A stretch of 64,000 nucleotides of DNA from Octopus bimaculoides (GCF_001194135.2 NC_068995.1:35560476-35624475); one strand, 5' to 3'. Positions 12,590-26,388 are shown, numbered from the stretch's first letter. The notes: a model not told the origin generated them from the sequence alone. Translations and numbers: made by a program.

Positions 12590-14200
12590 TCCGAATTCAA
12601 AACAGTTCAGTCATTTGACTGTTTCCCCTGTATCTGACGAGGAATGTTACAGGTATCTAGGGGTGGATGAAAATATATCTTACAATGGCACCTGTAACAA
12701 AACACGTACCACAGAAGAATATTACAGAATAAAGAAAATCTGTACCTCAGAACTCTCTGCATTCAATAAAACAGTGGCCCACAATGTGTTTACAGTTCCA
12801 GTACGTAAACCAACTTTTGGACTGCTTGATTGGACGCTTGATGAGATCGGAGCCATTGATGCGAAAACCCGAAAATATTAACAAGCACACATAATTTCCA
12901 CATAAACAGTGATGTAGACCACATCTACCTAAAACGTAAAAAAGGCGGCAGAGGCTTAACATCGATCCAAAATGCCTTTGAATGTCGTATCATATTCCTT
13001 CGGCAACATCTTTTAACCACCAAGCGTCGAAGTGCATCCCTTGACCACGTTTGCATACATGAGACTGATAACATCATAACACTTGGAAGGCAGCTCCTTG
13101 AGCAACACTCTTTGTCTGATAACCTAGAATACATGCCCAAAGAAGTCGCACGATTCTACCGCAACATATCATCAGGTGAAAGGACGGGCCTATATGAGCA
13201 GAAGACTATGCATGGATATGTTAGTAGAAAGCTCCGTGATGATAACAAAATCGATCATCAAAGCAGTTAATCATGGACGAATAGCCGGACTACTACCTCC
13301 CTCTTTGAAGGGTATACGTTTGCAATCTAAGAACAGGAACGTTTGCAATCTAAGAACAGGAAATATAAACGAAGTACCTGGTGCATAAAAGAGATAGAGA
13401 TGCGGGAAAAGCCGTAAAATGTGACAACCGATGCAGACTTTGTGGAGTCCACACTGAAGATATCACCCACATCATAAGCAGTTGTCCGAAAATATCACCA
13501 CAGTATTATCTACCGATGAGACGTGACGTTGTAGCTCGGACACTCTATAATGAAATCCATCGGAAGGATAATCCCGAGGACAAAGAAATAAAAATCCACA
13601 ATGTGGTAGAAGCCATAGCCACTCATAATGAAAAGGAATATTGGAGGAATGTACTAGTGAAGACCTCAATAAAATGTAAACACAACAGACTTGATATAAT
13701 GATTTGGGATAGTGAAGAGAAACTGTGCACAGTTGTGGAAATTAGCTGCCCAGCAGATGTTGACATAAAGCTGAAGATCAGTGAAAAGAACATCCTATAC
13801 TGAACTATTGAGAAATCTGCAGTTGCTCTATCCAGATTACAAGTTCAGGTTTATACCTGTAATTATTGGAGCCATGGGATATGTAACACACTGCATAAAT
13901 ACCAATCTTGAGAAATTAGGCTTCTCAGAAAGGAGAAAGCTAATTCGAAGACTACAGATCCAATCCATCACTGAAACTGTAAAAATCTGTAAAAATTTCC
14001 AGAAGTTTATCATTTAAATACATATGAGCTTGTCTAGATATGTAACTATATGCACGAGAATACATACATAAAACATACAAATCTGCACATACATACATAC
14101 CCTGTTGTTGATGTTGAAATCCCAATGAAGGAATCTTGGTTCTAGGTTAGAAACCGGTTCTGTGTCTATTGACAAGAATTCTTGAAATAAACTGAATAAT
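12590..14200 (+). mobile_element. R4/Dong-type LINE, 1.6-kb 3' portion (RT end, CCHC knuckle, RLE, 3' UTR), decayed
   Basis: YRYLGVDEN, YLKRKKGGRGL, CRLCGVHTEDITHIISSC (13432-13484), RRDVV, KHNRLDIMIWD, VEISCP and FIPVIIGAMG; stop at ~14017. Followed by GACATACACACATACATA. Confidence 0.9.
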
Positions 14201-14463
14201 GACATACACACATACATAGATTACATCAGAATTGAATCTGTTTGTCCTAAGGCGGACTACGTACTCGTGTGATAAGTAAATAAATAAATAAATAGATATN
14301 NNNNNNNNNNNNNNNNNNNNNNNNNNNNNNNNNNNNNNNNNNNNNNNNNNNNNNNNNNNNNNNNNNNNNNNNNNNNNNNNNNNNNNNNNNNNNNNNNNNN
14401 NNNNNNNNNNNNNNNNNNNNNNNNNNNNNNNNNNNNNNNNNNNNNNNNNNNNNNNNNNNNNNN

Positions 14464-14500
<37 letters not shown>

Positions 14501-15859
14501 GTGTGTGTGTGTGCGTGTGTGTGTGTGTGTGTGTTGTATGAATAAACAGTGTTTTTATGATCAGAAATATATTTTCGTTTTTTACTAACACAAATAATTC
14601 TAGATTTCATTGCTCATTGCTTTGACGCCTAAATTAATTGCAATCATTATGTTTTTCTATTCTTGTTTTTAAAAAAAAAAACTCTTAAAAGCAGAATAAT
14701 GTCTACTCAATTTCCAAGTAGTAATAATTACATATTTTGAAATACCACACTGGTGCCATTCTGTTCATATTAGCAGACATTCGTCAATATTCTGGTGCAT
14801 CATATATTTTTCTTCGTATTCTCAGGAAACAAAAGTTCTAGGAATGAAGAAGTAAATATTTTATAATGAATATTCGCAAAAACAGAAAATTTTCATTCTC
14901 AGAATATATATAAAGAACCTTTTTTTCTTGTCAATCTTTCTTGTTTCATTATTATCACTGATTTTTACCTGCACCAGATATGATCTTATTTTTCTGTTAC
15001 ACAAGTATATCTTGTTCAAATAGTAATCACGTAGAAGAATCTTTATTACATAGCTTCTATCACTTCCGTAAAAAATTGAATTTTAACTTACATGAGTGAA
15101 TAAAAGAAATAATCACCCATCTCTGTAGACAGACTATTATTTTTTTCTTTATTCCCATATTCATATCCATGATCATCTCACAGGAAATCTATTCAAATCC
15201 AATTAATGTAATCCGAGTAAATGACAATATATCTGAGATTTAACAAATATAGATAAGTATTAAGACTTGTGCCAAAACTTCGTAAAGAATTAGCATTTGC
15301 CTTTACGAGATTACTATTGGCTGAAGTGACTAAGGCCATAAGTTTACCTTAGTGGGTATGGTTATAGATAAAGCTGAATCGAGGATAAGAGTATGTTATG
15401 TCAATTTGGACTGAGGATTTGCAGATAATAGTGGTACCGAGTCCAATGTTAGGATATTGAGAAATATTCTGCGGTTGCTGTTTCGTATGCCCATGTTGGC
15501 AAGGGCGTGTGACGTGATACTCAGCGTTTCTGTAACTCGGACAAAGTGTAAATGCCATTTTAAAATGCATAATGATGTACGAGGATATTTGTTATGACTA
15601 TTATGTGGAATCACTTGTCATATAGAATAACAAAATATTGCCACATTTTTTATCATCCGCTGCTGGAGATTCATATTCAAAGGTATTGCCATAACTTATT
15701 CCACATCAACTAATCCCGTGATTAACCCTAATTCCAATGATTCTTAGAAAATTGGTGATCAAACTTAATAGAATTCATGGCATAGATCTGACACCTCTGA
15801 ACCCTACAGCAACGCGAAGAGAAATGTTGCAGGCTCCCAAGTCTCTCTTATTTTATTTT

Positions 15860-16202
15860 TTATCTTTTACTTGTTTCAGTCATTTGCACTACGGTCATGC
15901 TGGGGCACAACCTTGAAAACTTTTAGTCGAACGCATCGAGCCCAGAACTTACTTTTCAAGCCTCTTACTTATTCGATTGGTCTTTTGCCGAACCGCTAAG
16001 TTACAGGGATGTATACACACCAACGCCGGTTGTCATGCAGACGTGGGTTACAAACATCAACACACACACACACATACACACACATACACACACATACGCA
16101 CACGCACACACACGCATACATATATATATATACATACATATATATATATATACGACGGGCTTCTTTCAGTTTCTGTCTGCTAAATCTACTCACAAGGTTG
16201 TG
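15860..16202 (-). mobile_element. SINE family B (with internal microsatellite), head missing
   Basis: Reverse complement of the 59204-59648 body and tail; internal (CA)/(TA) tract at 16062-16152. Confidence 0.8.
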
Positions 16203-16469
16203 TATTGTTTTTAGCTTTGCCTGAAAAATCGTTATGAACTTTCCTTATAAACGAGTTTACTTCCCCTATTTACTTACAAGAAAAAGAAATGACCAAGACA
16301 ATATTCGATTATCTTTTCTAGCCCTGGAAGTATTTTTTGTAGTACGAAAATACTTTGTGGTATTGGCACTTTAATGCAATAAAGATATAAATCTTACTGC
16401 TTTGCATATACAATGTTTCCAGTTTCACTTGCTTCTTTTGGTTTAACAAAAGTTTGCATAAAACTTTTT

Positions 16470-17390
16470 AAAGTACAGCAGTCATTGAAACAAAGACTTG
16501 TGTGCTGGAGCATTGTCCTGAAGAAACAAAACCCTTTTTGTCAGTTTTAAAAGGCATCTGATCTTAATAGTTTTTCGCAACTGCCGCAGCAATTTGGCAG
16601 AGCACTCTACATTGATGCTATGGCCCTTTTCAAGTTAGTCAGTAAGCACAATGCCTTTTGCATCCCAAAACACTGAGATCATCACCTTCCATGCAGGTGA
16701 AAGCACCTTTTCAGAGGACTTTTTAGAGCAGGTTAGGAAAGGTATTTCCACTGCATAGGCTGTCTCTTTGTTTCTGGCTTAAAGTGATGAACCCTACACT
16801 GATCCTGGTTTAGAAAACTTCAAGGAAACCAGCTAGAGCCGCCTGAAACCGTGTCAGATTTTCCCGTGATGTGATCAGCCTGATGCGCACTTAATCAGGT
16901 GTCAGAAAACATGGACCCAACGAGCAGAGAACTTCATCAAGCTCATTTTGCAGAATATTCTCAAGTCCCTCGCGGAACATGCTAATATCATTGACTAGTT
17001 GATTTATATTTCAATCGCCTGTCATCCATTACCATGTTTTCCTCGATGGTGGCAGATGTAGAACGTCATCTTCGAGAATCTCACTTCTCCTCCTCTGCAC
17101 TGTTGATAAAGCTGGAGCCCCATCCTCTTATGTAGCAACCACATCAGCATAAATATCCTTTGGGAGATAATCTTATTTTCTGTAAGTAATTAATAACACG
17201 ACGATACCAAATTTTGTCTATTTTCAAGAGACGTCGCTATTAGTTACTTATAAAATCCTGTTTGAACAGTCAAATGTCAGCTTACCTGGAAAGACAATGT
17301 ATAAGAAGGGTTGAAATTAATGCATGCAAAATTTCACAGTTCTAGCGTCATACCTTCATAGTCAGCCTATGAACTTTTCAAACTTGAGTG
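16470..17390 (-). mobile_element. Mariner transposon, decayed, 3' end missing
   Basis: Minus-strand remnants DIYADVVAT.EDGAPALSTVQR, W(V)PCFLTPD, KVMISVFWDAKGIVLTD.LEKGHSINVEC and VLFLQDNAPAHKS. Confidence 0.85.
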
Positions 17391-17493
<103 letters not shown>

Positions 17494-18219
17494 TTATTTT
17501 CGGATAAAAACCTTCGAGAATGCTATGTAAAGCTCGACTACAGTTATTGGTTCCTGATGTCATCATACAGTAGAAATACACATGATACTGGATGTACTTC
17601 AGGAATTCCATATTGTCCGTACACCTTATATAAATGATTCAGGGACAGAAAAGGGAATTCACAAGTTTCTTTATTCAAAACTAATACAATTGTTTCGACT
17701 CGTTCTCGCAACTATATGACGTTGTGCAGATCAATTCACTTGCATTACACGTGCAGCTGTAGAATATGCCTCCTTGGGTGACTTTTTAAACAAGTTTCTT
17801 ATTATTTCACTTTTTTCTCGCTATTTCACTTTGCCTTATTATAATGTATAGCAGGGTAGATGTTGCATTTTAGCTGTTCTCAGACGAAGAGGGACATGAA
17901 ACAATTACCGTCAAAAAATAAATTAAATACACCGATAAAAAATCCATAGATAAATAAAAAAAAATATACATGAAACCAAAATAAAAATAAAAGATGCATA
18001 AATAAGATATACATGAAATCAAAATAAATAGAAATACAAAAAATGTATTAAAGGGACCCGTTTGGTTATCATTTATCATTAGAATGATTATGAAGATGAA
18101 AGAATTAGATAGACCAGTTAGGGTAGACGTCATGTCGACTCGAAAGAAAGGAAATTAGATTTATAAAGGTATGTTTTAGAGGCGATAAACATATGCAAAA
18201 TGACCAATCACCTATTGCA

Positions 18220-18495
18220 CTGTGTAACACGATTTTTGCCTTTGGGTGGCAACTGTTATTTCCTATTTGCTTACCCCTGGAAAGTATGAAAAGTAGTTAA
18301 TATTTCGTTCAATCTTTGCTTTTGTTACATTTATTCAGAGCCCCAAAAATCCCTCTCGGCACATGGCAATGATGCTCCCACACTACTTCTGCTCATGACC
18401 AGAAATGCACATATCGTCGGCTACTAAGGGACATGCTCAAGTGGTTATAGTCAAGGAACTGACAAGCAAATCTGCGGTACTGAGTAGAATATTTT
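18220..18495. mobile_element. Interspersed repeat of unknown class; inverted homologue at 58200-58460
   Basis: GGGACATGCTCAAGTGGTTATAGTCAA...TGACAAGCAAATCTG here, and its reverse complement CAGATTAGTTTGTCA...TTGACCATAATCACTTGAGCATGTCCC at 58233-58280. The flanking sequence is also similar. Confidence 0.65.
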
Positions 18496-19246
18496 CTATA
18501 ACGATATTTCTGAAATTTATTTATTCCCATGGGAAAACTGTCAAATGTGAACATTCTCGTTCACGCAAATAAGGAACAAAACGACGTATGATTCAAAAGT
18601 AGCATTCTTGAAACTTTTAGAAACTTCTCGAAAGTTCTTGAACCTTCGAGAAAGTTCTAGAAAATTCTGCTTCAGCAACTCAGCGCAGAAACTGTCTGAA
18701 ATATAATGGAAAATAAGCAGTTTGAAACCATTGATGTCCAAGTCGCAAAAGCAAGGTTTGAAGGGAACAGTAGTCATTTCCTTTAATTTCTAGATAGAAG
18801 CAAATATGAAATATCGCTCACTGACCAAAGTCAAAAAAGATATAATAAATTTCGTTACACAATGTTATCACTTCACTATCTTCTAACCGTTTTTTATTTT
18901 CTATTTTCTTCCTAACTTTATTTTTTAGTCTATCTAATACTTCCATCCTCATAATCCTTCTTATGGGAATTTATAGCCAAACGAATCACTTTATCTCAGA
19001 TTTTTTAAAAACAGTTAAACGTATGTAAGAAGAATGTCTATATCTATATGTAATAAAAGAATATATATNNNNNNNNNNNNNNNNNNNNNNNNNNNNNNNN
19101 NNNNNNNNNNNNNNNNNNNNNNNNNNNNNNNNNNNNNNNNNNNNNNNNNNNNNNNNNNNNNNNNNNNNNNNNNNNNNNNNNNNNNNNNNNTATATGGATA
19201 TTATTGTTTACAATAATATCAAATGGAATATCATGAAGCAAAAAAT

Positions 19247-19614
19247 TATTAATTAATAGTTAAGGGTATTATAGGTAGTACCGGCAAGCTAAAGATAGCA
19301 GTCAAAAGACAACTACAACCACAAATTTTCACTGATACACATTATTTAAAGTTGGGGGAATGAACAAGAATTCTAAGCCCCGCACCAATAGCGAAAAGAA
19401 TCGTAAATTGAAAAGCCAGACATACCCGTATCGTCACGACTTCAAACTTTGTGGAAGTGCCACTTAGTTCCCCTCAGCGAGTCTCACTGACCTAAGGGTC
19501 ATAGATCTTGCCCATCTCAACAAATGTGCGCGATGTCCGTTTCTAATGCCGCGGCAAATTTAAAAAGGTGATCGGAGTGAATAATAAATTAGTACCCTTA
19601 ATTATTAATTAATA
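19247..19614. mobile_element. Putative MITE with 25-bp TIRs
   Basis: TATTAATTAATAGTTAAGGGTATTA (19247-19271) versus TAGTACCCTTAATTATTAATTAATA (19590-19614): 23/25 complementary. Confidence 0.55.
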
Positions 19615-20418
19615 CATAAATACAATTATCAAATTATACACACACACACACATATATATATGTGTGTGTGTGTGTGTGTGTATGTGTGTGTGTGTGTGTG
19701 TACGTGTGTGTGTGTGTCTGCGTGTGTGTACACAAATTACCTTTATGCACGTTTAGCCTCGTCTAAGTATGTTTGTTAGTAGTGTATATGCGTCCATATA
19801 TGAATAGACATATATAGGTATATGCCAGTATAAAATATTTTATTTTATTTAACTTCATAATATTGTTTTATCTATTTCAGTTTTTATAAACAGTTAGAAG
19901 GTATGAAACAAGTGTACATATGTGTATATAAGTGCATATACAATAGATATATGTATGCATTTTTTATGTCTTAATTTACTTTCTTTTATGTCTGTCTTCT
20001 GAAATAGTATGCTTATAAGAAGTGGATATGTGTACATATCGACCGCACATGCACTTAGCTTATGTAATCGATAATGTTTAAAACACTACCGCTGCTTTTA
20101 ATTCGTTATTGAATTTTATCGTACGTATTCATCGGCGTGGCATACCAGTAAGTGATTTTTACACCATTTATATTCAGTCATGTTTTGGCGATACGCTTCG
20201 TTCCCGGTTCAATTCAATTACGTCATGTTGATAAGCCACAAAAATGGCAAAATATCGGTACTTATCACACGTGAATGATTTTCAGGTGTTTTAATACCCA
20301 GCATAATGGGGGAGTTATCCTCCAGTCACTATACGCAGCGAACCGGTGAACAAACAAAGCACATGCATTGACTATCTGTGGTCAATAATATACAAAGATA
20401 TATATATATATATATATA

Positions 20419-21607
20419 TTAGGTCATTAAGAATTAAATGTCTGATTTTCTTATGCACCAAGTTTAACAGTCATTAACTCTATTGTTTTTCCTAAAAATT
20501 CTTTGTTTTACAACATTGAAGAGTTACATCATCACATTTCGAAATGCAATTCATGGTGTCTGATTATATTGTGAGTTTTCTCTAGTAAATCAATCTGTGT
20601 GAACTCATGGATAGATTAAAAATCCGTGTTGTTTGTGAATATGAGTTCCGTTGTGGAACCAATGTATCCTAAACAGCTTCAAACATTAATGAGGCGTTTG
20701 GTGAAGACGTGGCGAATGAGCGCACTGTACGTCGATGCTTTGAGAAGTTCCGATCTGATGACTTTACTCTGGAAAATCAGCCTCATGGTAGACCTGAGAC
20801 CAAGGTGGATAATGATAAGCGGGAAAACTGTAGCGGAAGCGGATACATCACAAACTACGCGCGAGTTAGCAGCTAGGTTTGATGTTTCGATTCCAACTGT
20901 ATCGGACCATCTGAAACAAGGTAAAGAAGCTGGACACGTAGGTACCACACGAACTGAACGTACATCAAATGACACGTCGTCTTGAAACTTGCTGTTCTTT
21001 GCTGCCACAGCGACGAAGTGTCAAATCACAATCCAAAACCGAATATTCACCAAAAAATTTAATAGTATTTGCTTGGTGGTCCAGCGCTGGTGTCATCTAC
21101 TACAGCTTCATGAGACCTGGTAAGTCATTTATAGCGGATGTATACATCAACCAATTGGGTGGAATGATGGGTGAACTTGCAAATAAAAAAAACCGAGATT
21201 GGTCAATAGAGACAAGCCAATTCCCTTGCAAGACAATACTCGGCTACATGTTGCACAAAGAACGCTAGTCAAGTTACAGGAACTGAACTTGGAAGTACTC
21301 TGTCGTCCACTATATTCACCAAACCTTGCACCAACTGACTATCACGTTTTCCAGGCATTAAACTGCTTTTTGTAAGGAAAAAACTTCAAACTTCAAACTT
21401 AAAGAAGATGCGAAAATAGCCTTACATGATTTCATCGCCTCTTGCTCTCCAGAATTCTACACTGCCGACATAATTAAGCTACTGATAAAATGCAAAATTG
21501 TGTTGATAATTTAGGTGCACACTTTGATTAACTGCAATGCTTTTTGTTGAGATAAAGTAAAATAAACTTTTAGTTCAAAATCGGACATTTCATTCTTAAT
21601 GACCTGG
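20419..21607 (+). mobile_element. Mariner (DD34D) transposon with both TIRs, internally deleted
   Basis: TIRs TTAGGTCATTAAGAATTAAATGTCTGATTTT and AAAATCGGACATTTCATTCTTAATGACCTGG, TA flanked. Remnants RTVRRCFEKFRSDDFTLEN, WVPHEL and QDNTRLH...YSPNLAPTDY (34 residues between the two Ds). The first-D region is missing. Confidence 0.93.
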
Positions 21608-22649
21608 TATATATAGGCATATATATACGTGCTTATATATATATGTCAACCATGTATTTCTGTTATCTGTTTGTCAGTGTGATTTGGTCTAAGCACTAAT
21701 GCTTTTGATCCTTCCCTCGTACCACCTTGTTCTTTAAGCCGTTGAAAGCTGTTACATTCTTATCATGTTTACATTAATATCAGATTTTTCTTTCTTTTCT
21801 CTTCTTGTTTTATTTGTCTTAATATTAAACAATTGAGAATATTCGTGATTAAATAATTCAATAAATAAAACATTTTTGTTGTTGTTGTTGTCTATTAATC
21901 TTTTATCCTTGAAATCAATTGAGATATTCTGTATGCTGTTTCAACTTGTATTTATCGCTTCTTGTTATTATCACCAACATCAGTTGCAGTAATGTGATCA
22001 AGTTTCACAATGCCTCCTAGGTGACATTATCAATAACAGTATTCTCAACAGAAGTTTCAACGTGGGCATTATTAACAACAGCATTTGCGACTTCATCATC
22101 TTCGACATCCAATATGACCAGATAAGTGCTTCTAGAACGCTCCAAGAAAATTCTCAAAATGAAAAAAAAGCTTTTTACGCTCATTAGTAGGTTTATTCCC
22201 ACATTATATAAAGGTTACAACTTATAATTGAACGATTGGTTGCAAACTGAAGTAAATAGACGGAGAAAGAGAGCCTTACTTTTTCAATACCAATACGAAT
22301 ACTCAAAGTCAGTCGCTGGAACTGCAGATAAAAATAGTGAAATAGTCATATACTGTTTCTACCAACCTAAAAAAAAGCAGAAAATATAGTCCTAGATAGA
22401 ACTAGAATGTCTTTCAATATGGATCATGGGTGAACAGGAGCTAAACAATTGTACTATCTTCTTCATCATTATCACTAAATTCATCTTTCTTTGCAGCACA
22501 GTGGCAGATACATCAACAACCAAAATAGTAATACTGCCATCACTCACGAAGACAACATCACTGTCATAACACTACTCTCGGTGGAAATTTGGTGTTTTCC
22601 GGTCCTTGATTATTAGGCCCGTGCAGTTTGCCTTGATCTCTTTATTATT

Positions 22650-22711
<62 letters not shown>

Positions 22712-22888
22712 ATTCAAATTACGACAAACGTAAATAAACAAACGAAGTTTGCTTTTAGAAGCGTTGAGATGTCTTTTAGAAAGTTAAAGAAGTGATTTTA
22801 AATTCTCAATCGCAGAATAATGCTAATAATATAGCCTGAACAGGATAAACTATCCCTATTTTGCAGAGAAAAGCGTAGGTGGCTAGCT

Positions 22889-23083
22889 AAGGCGGCGAGT
22901 TGGTAGAATCGTTAGCACGGTGAAATGCTTAGCATATTTCAGCTGCCGGTACGCTCTGATTTCAAATTCCGAGGTCGTCTTTACTTTTCATCCTCTCGCG
23001 GTCGATAAATTAAGTACTACCTGAGTACTGGAGTCGATGTCATCCACTTGTCCCTTCCCCAAAAAATTCGAGGCTTCTGTAGA

Positions 23084-23085
<2 letters not shown>
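22889..23085 (+). mobile_element. SINE family A with (ATT)n tail
   Basis: GGCGGCGAGTTGGTAGAATCGTTAGCAC head and family core; followed by (ATT)n. Confidence 0.85.
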
Positions 23086-23118
<33 letters not shown>

Positions 23119-23119
<1 letters not shown>

Positions 23120-23311
23120 CAGGGCGGTGAGCTAGCAGCATCGTTAACGGCATTTCGTTCATCTTTCTGTACTGAGTTAAAATTCCGCCGAGGCCGACTG
23201 TCCCTTTCATGCTTTCGGGATCGATAACTTAAGTACCAGTGAAACACTGCGGTCGATGTAGTCGACTTAATCCCCTCCCCCAAGCAGCCCTTGTGGCAAA
23301 AATTTGAAATC

Positions 23312-23312
<1 letters not shown>
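23119..23312 (+). mobile_element. SINE family A with (ATT)n tail
   Basis: Second copy directly behind the previous one; (ATT)n runs to 23362. Confidence 0.85.
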
Positions 23313-23363
<51 letters not shown>

Positions 23364-24829
23364 GAGGAATTTTACTCATTATATTGATTATAAACTGCAA
23401 ATCATAGCAATAAACTAACAAATCTAGTAATTAAATTTTAACAAAGAAATTTAGTTCATACATTACGAATATTAATGAGCATTAACATAATAATTTATAG
23501 CAATAATTAACATAAAAATTGTTATAACTTCTCTTACTAAACACAAATTTTTCTAGAATGCCAACTAACTTACTAAACCAATATATTATTCATATCTAAA
23601 CGATTACAAATGTGAATCTAAACATTTCGCATGTATTAATGTAAAAAAAACTTATTTCATGTTATATATGTTACAACCATGAACATATTCATAAAATTTA
23701 AATTGCCATTGCCATGAATAAATATTTATTATATATTTTTCAGAACAATTTCCTTATAATGTAAGCAATGCAATTTTGCATTACTGCATCTGATCTGAAT
23801 TCCATACAAACATTTCTCTAGCAAACGACATGCTTAACTATACAAACATGAATACGTACCCATATACATACATATGGGCGCATATGTGTGTATTATTTAT
23901 ATATATAACTTATTCTTATATATTTACATATATATATACATAAATACATACATTACATAAATGTATATATATACACACATATACAAACATACCTATATAT
24001 ANNNNNNNNNNNNNNNNNNNNNNNNNNNNNNNNNNNNNNNNNNNNNNNNNNNNNNNNNNNNNNNNNNNNNNNNNNNNNNNNNNNNNNNNNNNNNNNNNNN
24101 NNNNNNNNNNNNNNNNNNNNNNNNNNNNNNNNNNNNNNNNNNNNNNNNNNNNNNNNNNNNNNNNNNNNNNNNNNNNNNNNNNNNNNNNNNNNNNNNNNNN
24201 NNNNNNNNNNNNNNNNNNNNNNNNNNNNNNNNNNNNNNNNNNNNNNNNNNNNNNNNNNNNNNNNNNNNNNNNNNNNNNNNNNNNNNNNNNNNNNNNNNNN
24301 NNNNNNNNNNNNNNNNNNNNNNNNNNNNNNNNNNNNNNNNNNNNNNNNNNNNNNNNNNNNNNNNNNNNNNNNNNNNNNNNNNNNNNNNNNNNNNNNNNNN
24401 NNNNNNNNNNNNNNNNNNNNNNNNNNNNNNNNNNNNNNNNNNNNNNNNNNNNNNNNNNNNNNNNNNNNNNNNNNNNNNNNNNNNNNNNNNNNNNNNNNNN
24501 NNNNNNNNNNNNNNNNNNNNNNNNNNNNNNNNNNNNNNNNNNNNNNNNNNNNNNNNNNNNNNNNNNNNNNNNNNNNNNNNNNNNNNNNNNNNNNNNNNNN
24601 NNNNNNNNNNNNNNNNNNNNNNNNNNNNNNNNNNNNNNNNNNNNNNNNNNNNNNNNNNNNNNNNNNNNNNNNNNNNNNNNNNNNNNNNNNNNNNNNNNNN
24701 NNNNNNNNNNNNNNNNNNNNNNNNNNNNNNNNNNNNNNNNNNNNNNNNNNNNNNNNNNNNNNNNNNNNNNNNNNNNNNNNNNNNNNNNNNNNNNNNNNNN
24801 NNTATATATATATATATATGTACACATAT

Positions 24830-25139
24830 TGGCTTAGTGGTTAGGGCATTCGGCTCACGATCGTAAGGTTGTGAGTTCGAATCCCGGCGGCGCGTTGTGT
24901 TGTGTTCTTGTGCAAGAAACTTCATTTCGCGTTGCTCCAGTCCACTCAGCTGCCAAAAACATGTAGTACCTGTATTTCAAAGGACCAACCTTGTCACACT
25001 TCGTGTCACGCTGAATTTTCCTGAGTACTTTGTTAAGGGTACGCCTGTCTGTGGAGTGCTTACACGTTAATTTCACGAGCAGGCTGTTCCACTGACCGGA
25101 TCAAACTGGAACTCTCGTCGTCGTTACCGACGGAATGCC
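24830..25139 (+). mobile_element. tRNA-derived SINE, family C (head type 1)
   Basis: A box TGGCTTAGTGG and B box GAGTTCGAATCCC; tail shared with 31485-31860. Confidence 0.85.
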
Positions 25140-25170
25140 GTATGTATCCATTCATGTATGTATGGATGTG

Positions 25171-25650
25171 TCTCTTCTATCTTTTAATTATTATAAATCT
25201 TCCACTGAGGAGGGTGCCGGTTCCCAACAAAGATACAAGGTTCGATCTTTGGGATGTAGTTAACACAGACAAATTCACATTTGGAACTAGAGAAAAGTCT
25301 TTCATAGTTTTACTGTTCCACTCAGAGATTGAACTTGTAATGTACGAATCAGTTTCTCTTTCTGAAAACCCCAGTTTATCTAGATTCTCCTTTAAGTATT
25401 TACTAACAAAACCTAATGTTCCAATTATTATTGGTATGAATATGAATTCATAATCAGAATATAGAAGCTGGAGGTTTCGAAGCAGTTGTCCGAAGATATC
25501 CGCTTTTACTTTGATTTTCAAAGAGATATTTATATCAGCAGGGCAGCTAACCTCTGTGATGGAACATAACTTTGCCTCATGTCCCAAACTAGAATATTGG
25601 GCCTGTTATGCTTACATTTGACAGAAGTTTTGATGGGAATATTCCACCAA
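25171..25650 (-). mobile_element. R4/Dong-type LINE, 3' fragment, same subfamily as 12590-14200
   Basis: WWNIPIKTSVKCKHNRPNILVW, TEVSCPADINISLKIK and FIPIIIGTLG. (TACA)n-like sequence at both junctions (25141-25170 and 25651-25663). Confidence 0.85.
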
Positions 25651-25687
25651 ATGTATGTATGTAGCACAAATGAATAGATGTGTACAT

Positions 25688-25754
<67 letters not shown>
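25688..25754. repeat. (GATA)n microsatellite
   Basis: Seen directly in the sequence. Confidence 0.95.
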
Positions 25755-25755
<1 letters not shown>

Positions 25756-26122
25756 TCACCTAAAATAACGTTGTTTCAATATCAGTGTTCCATCTTAAAC
25801 AATTTTTTTTTTAGCTTCTGCCTTTGTTTTCGTTATCGTTGAACGTAATATTTCTGTATGCCGGCTGACATAGACACATACGCATGCCTGTATACTGTCT
25901 GCGTTCGTAGCGCTGTATGTGTGTGTGTGTGTGTGTGTGTGTGCGTGCGTGTATGTGTGCGCGCGCGTGCGTGCATGTCAAGTTGACTACGACAAAATTT
26001 CTAGTGGTTTTCAGATTATATGAGAATATTTTATTCAAAGAGAAATGAAAGCAGATATTATACAGAGGAATAGAGTAATATATTCAGTGTAAAATATTAC
26101 TTATAAAACTACCTGTATCAAC

Positions 26123-26182
<60 letters not shown>

Positions 26183-26334
26183 ATAGCAACAGAGTACCGT
26201 GTTAACAGAAACAGGACTATATATATATAGCTCGGAGGGAGAATTTTATATATTTGAGATATATCAATTTTCTTTAGATTTACACACATAATACACATAT
26301 AGATAGAATAGATAGATAGATAGATAGATAGGTG

Positions 26335-26388
<54 letters not shown>

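Noticed and set aside
15349-15614. Two overlapping minus-strand ORFs with a nearby donor-like site
   Set aside because: Every frame stops before the donor and no protein family is recognisable.
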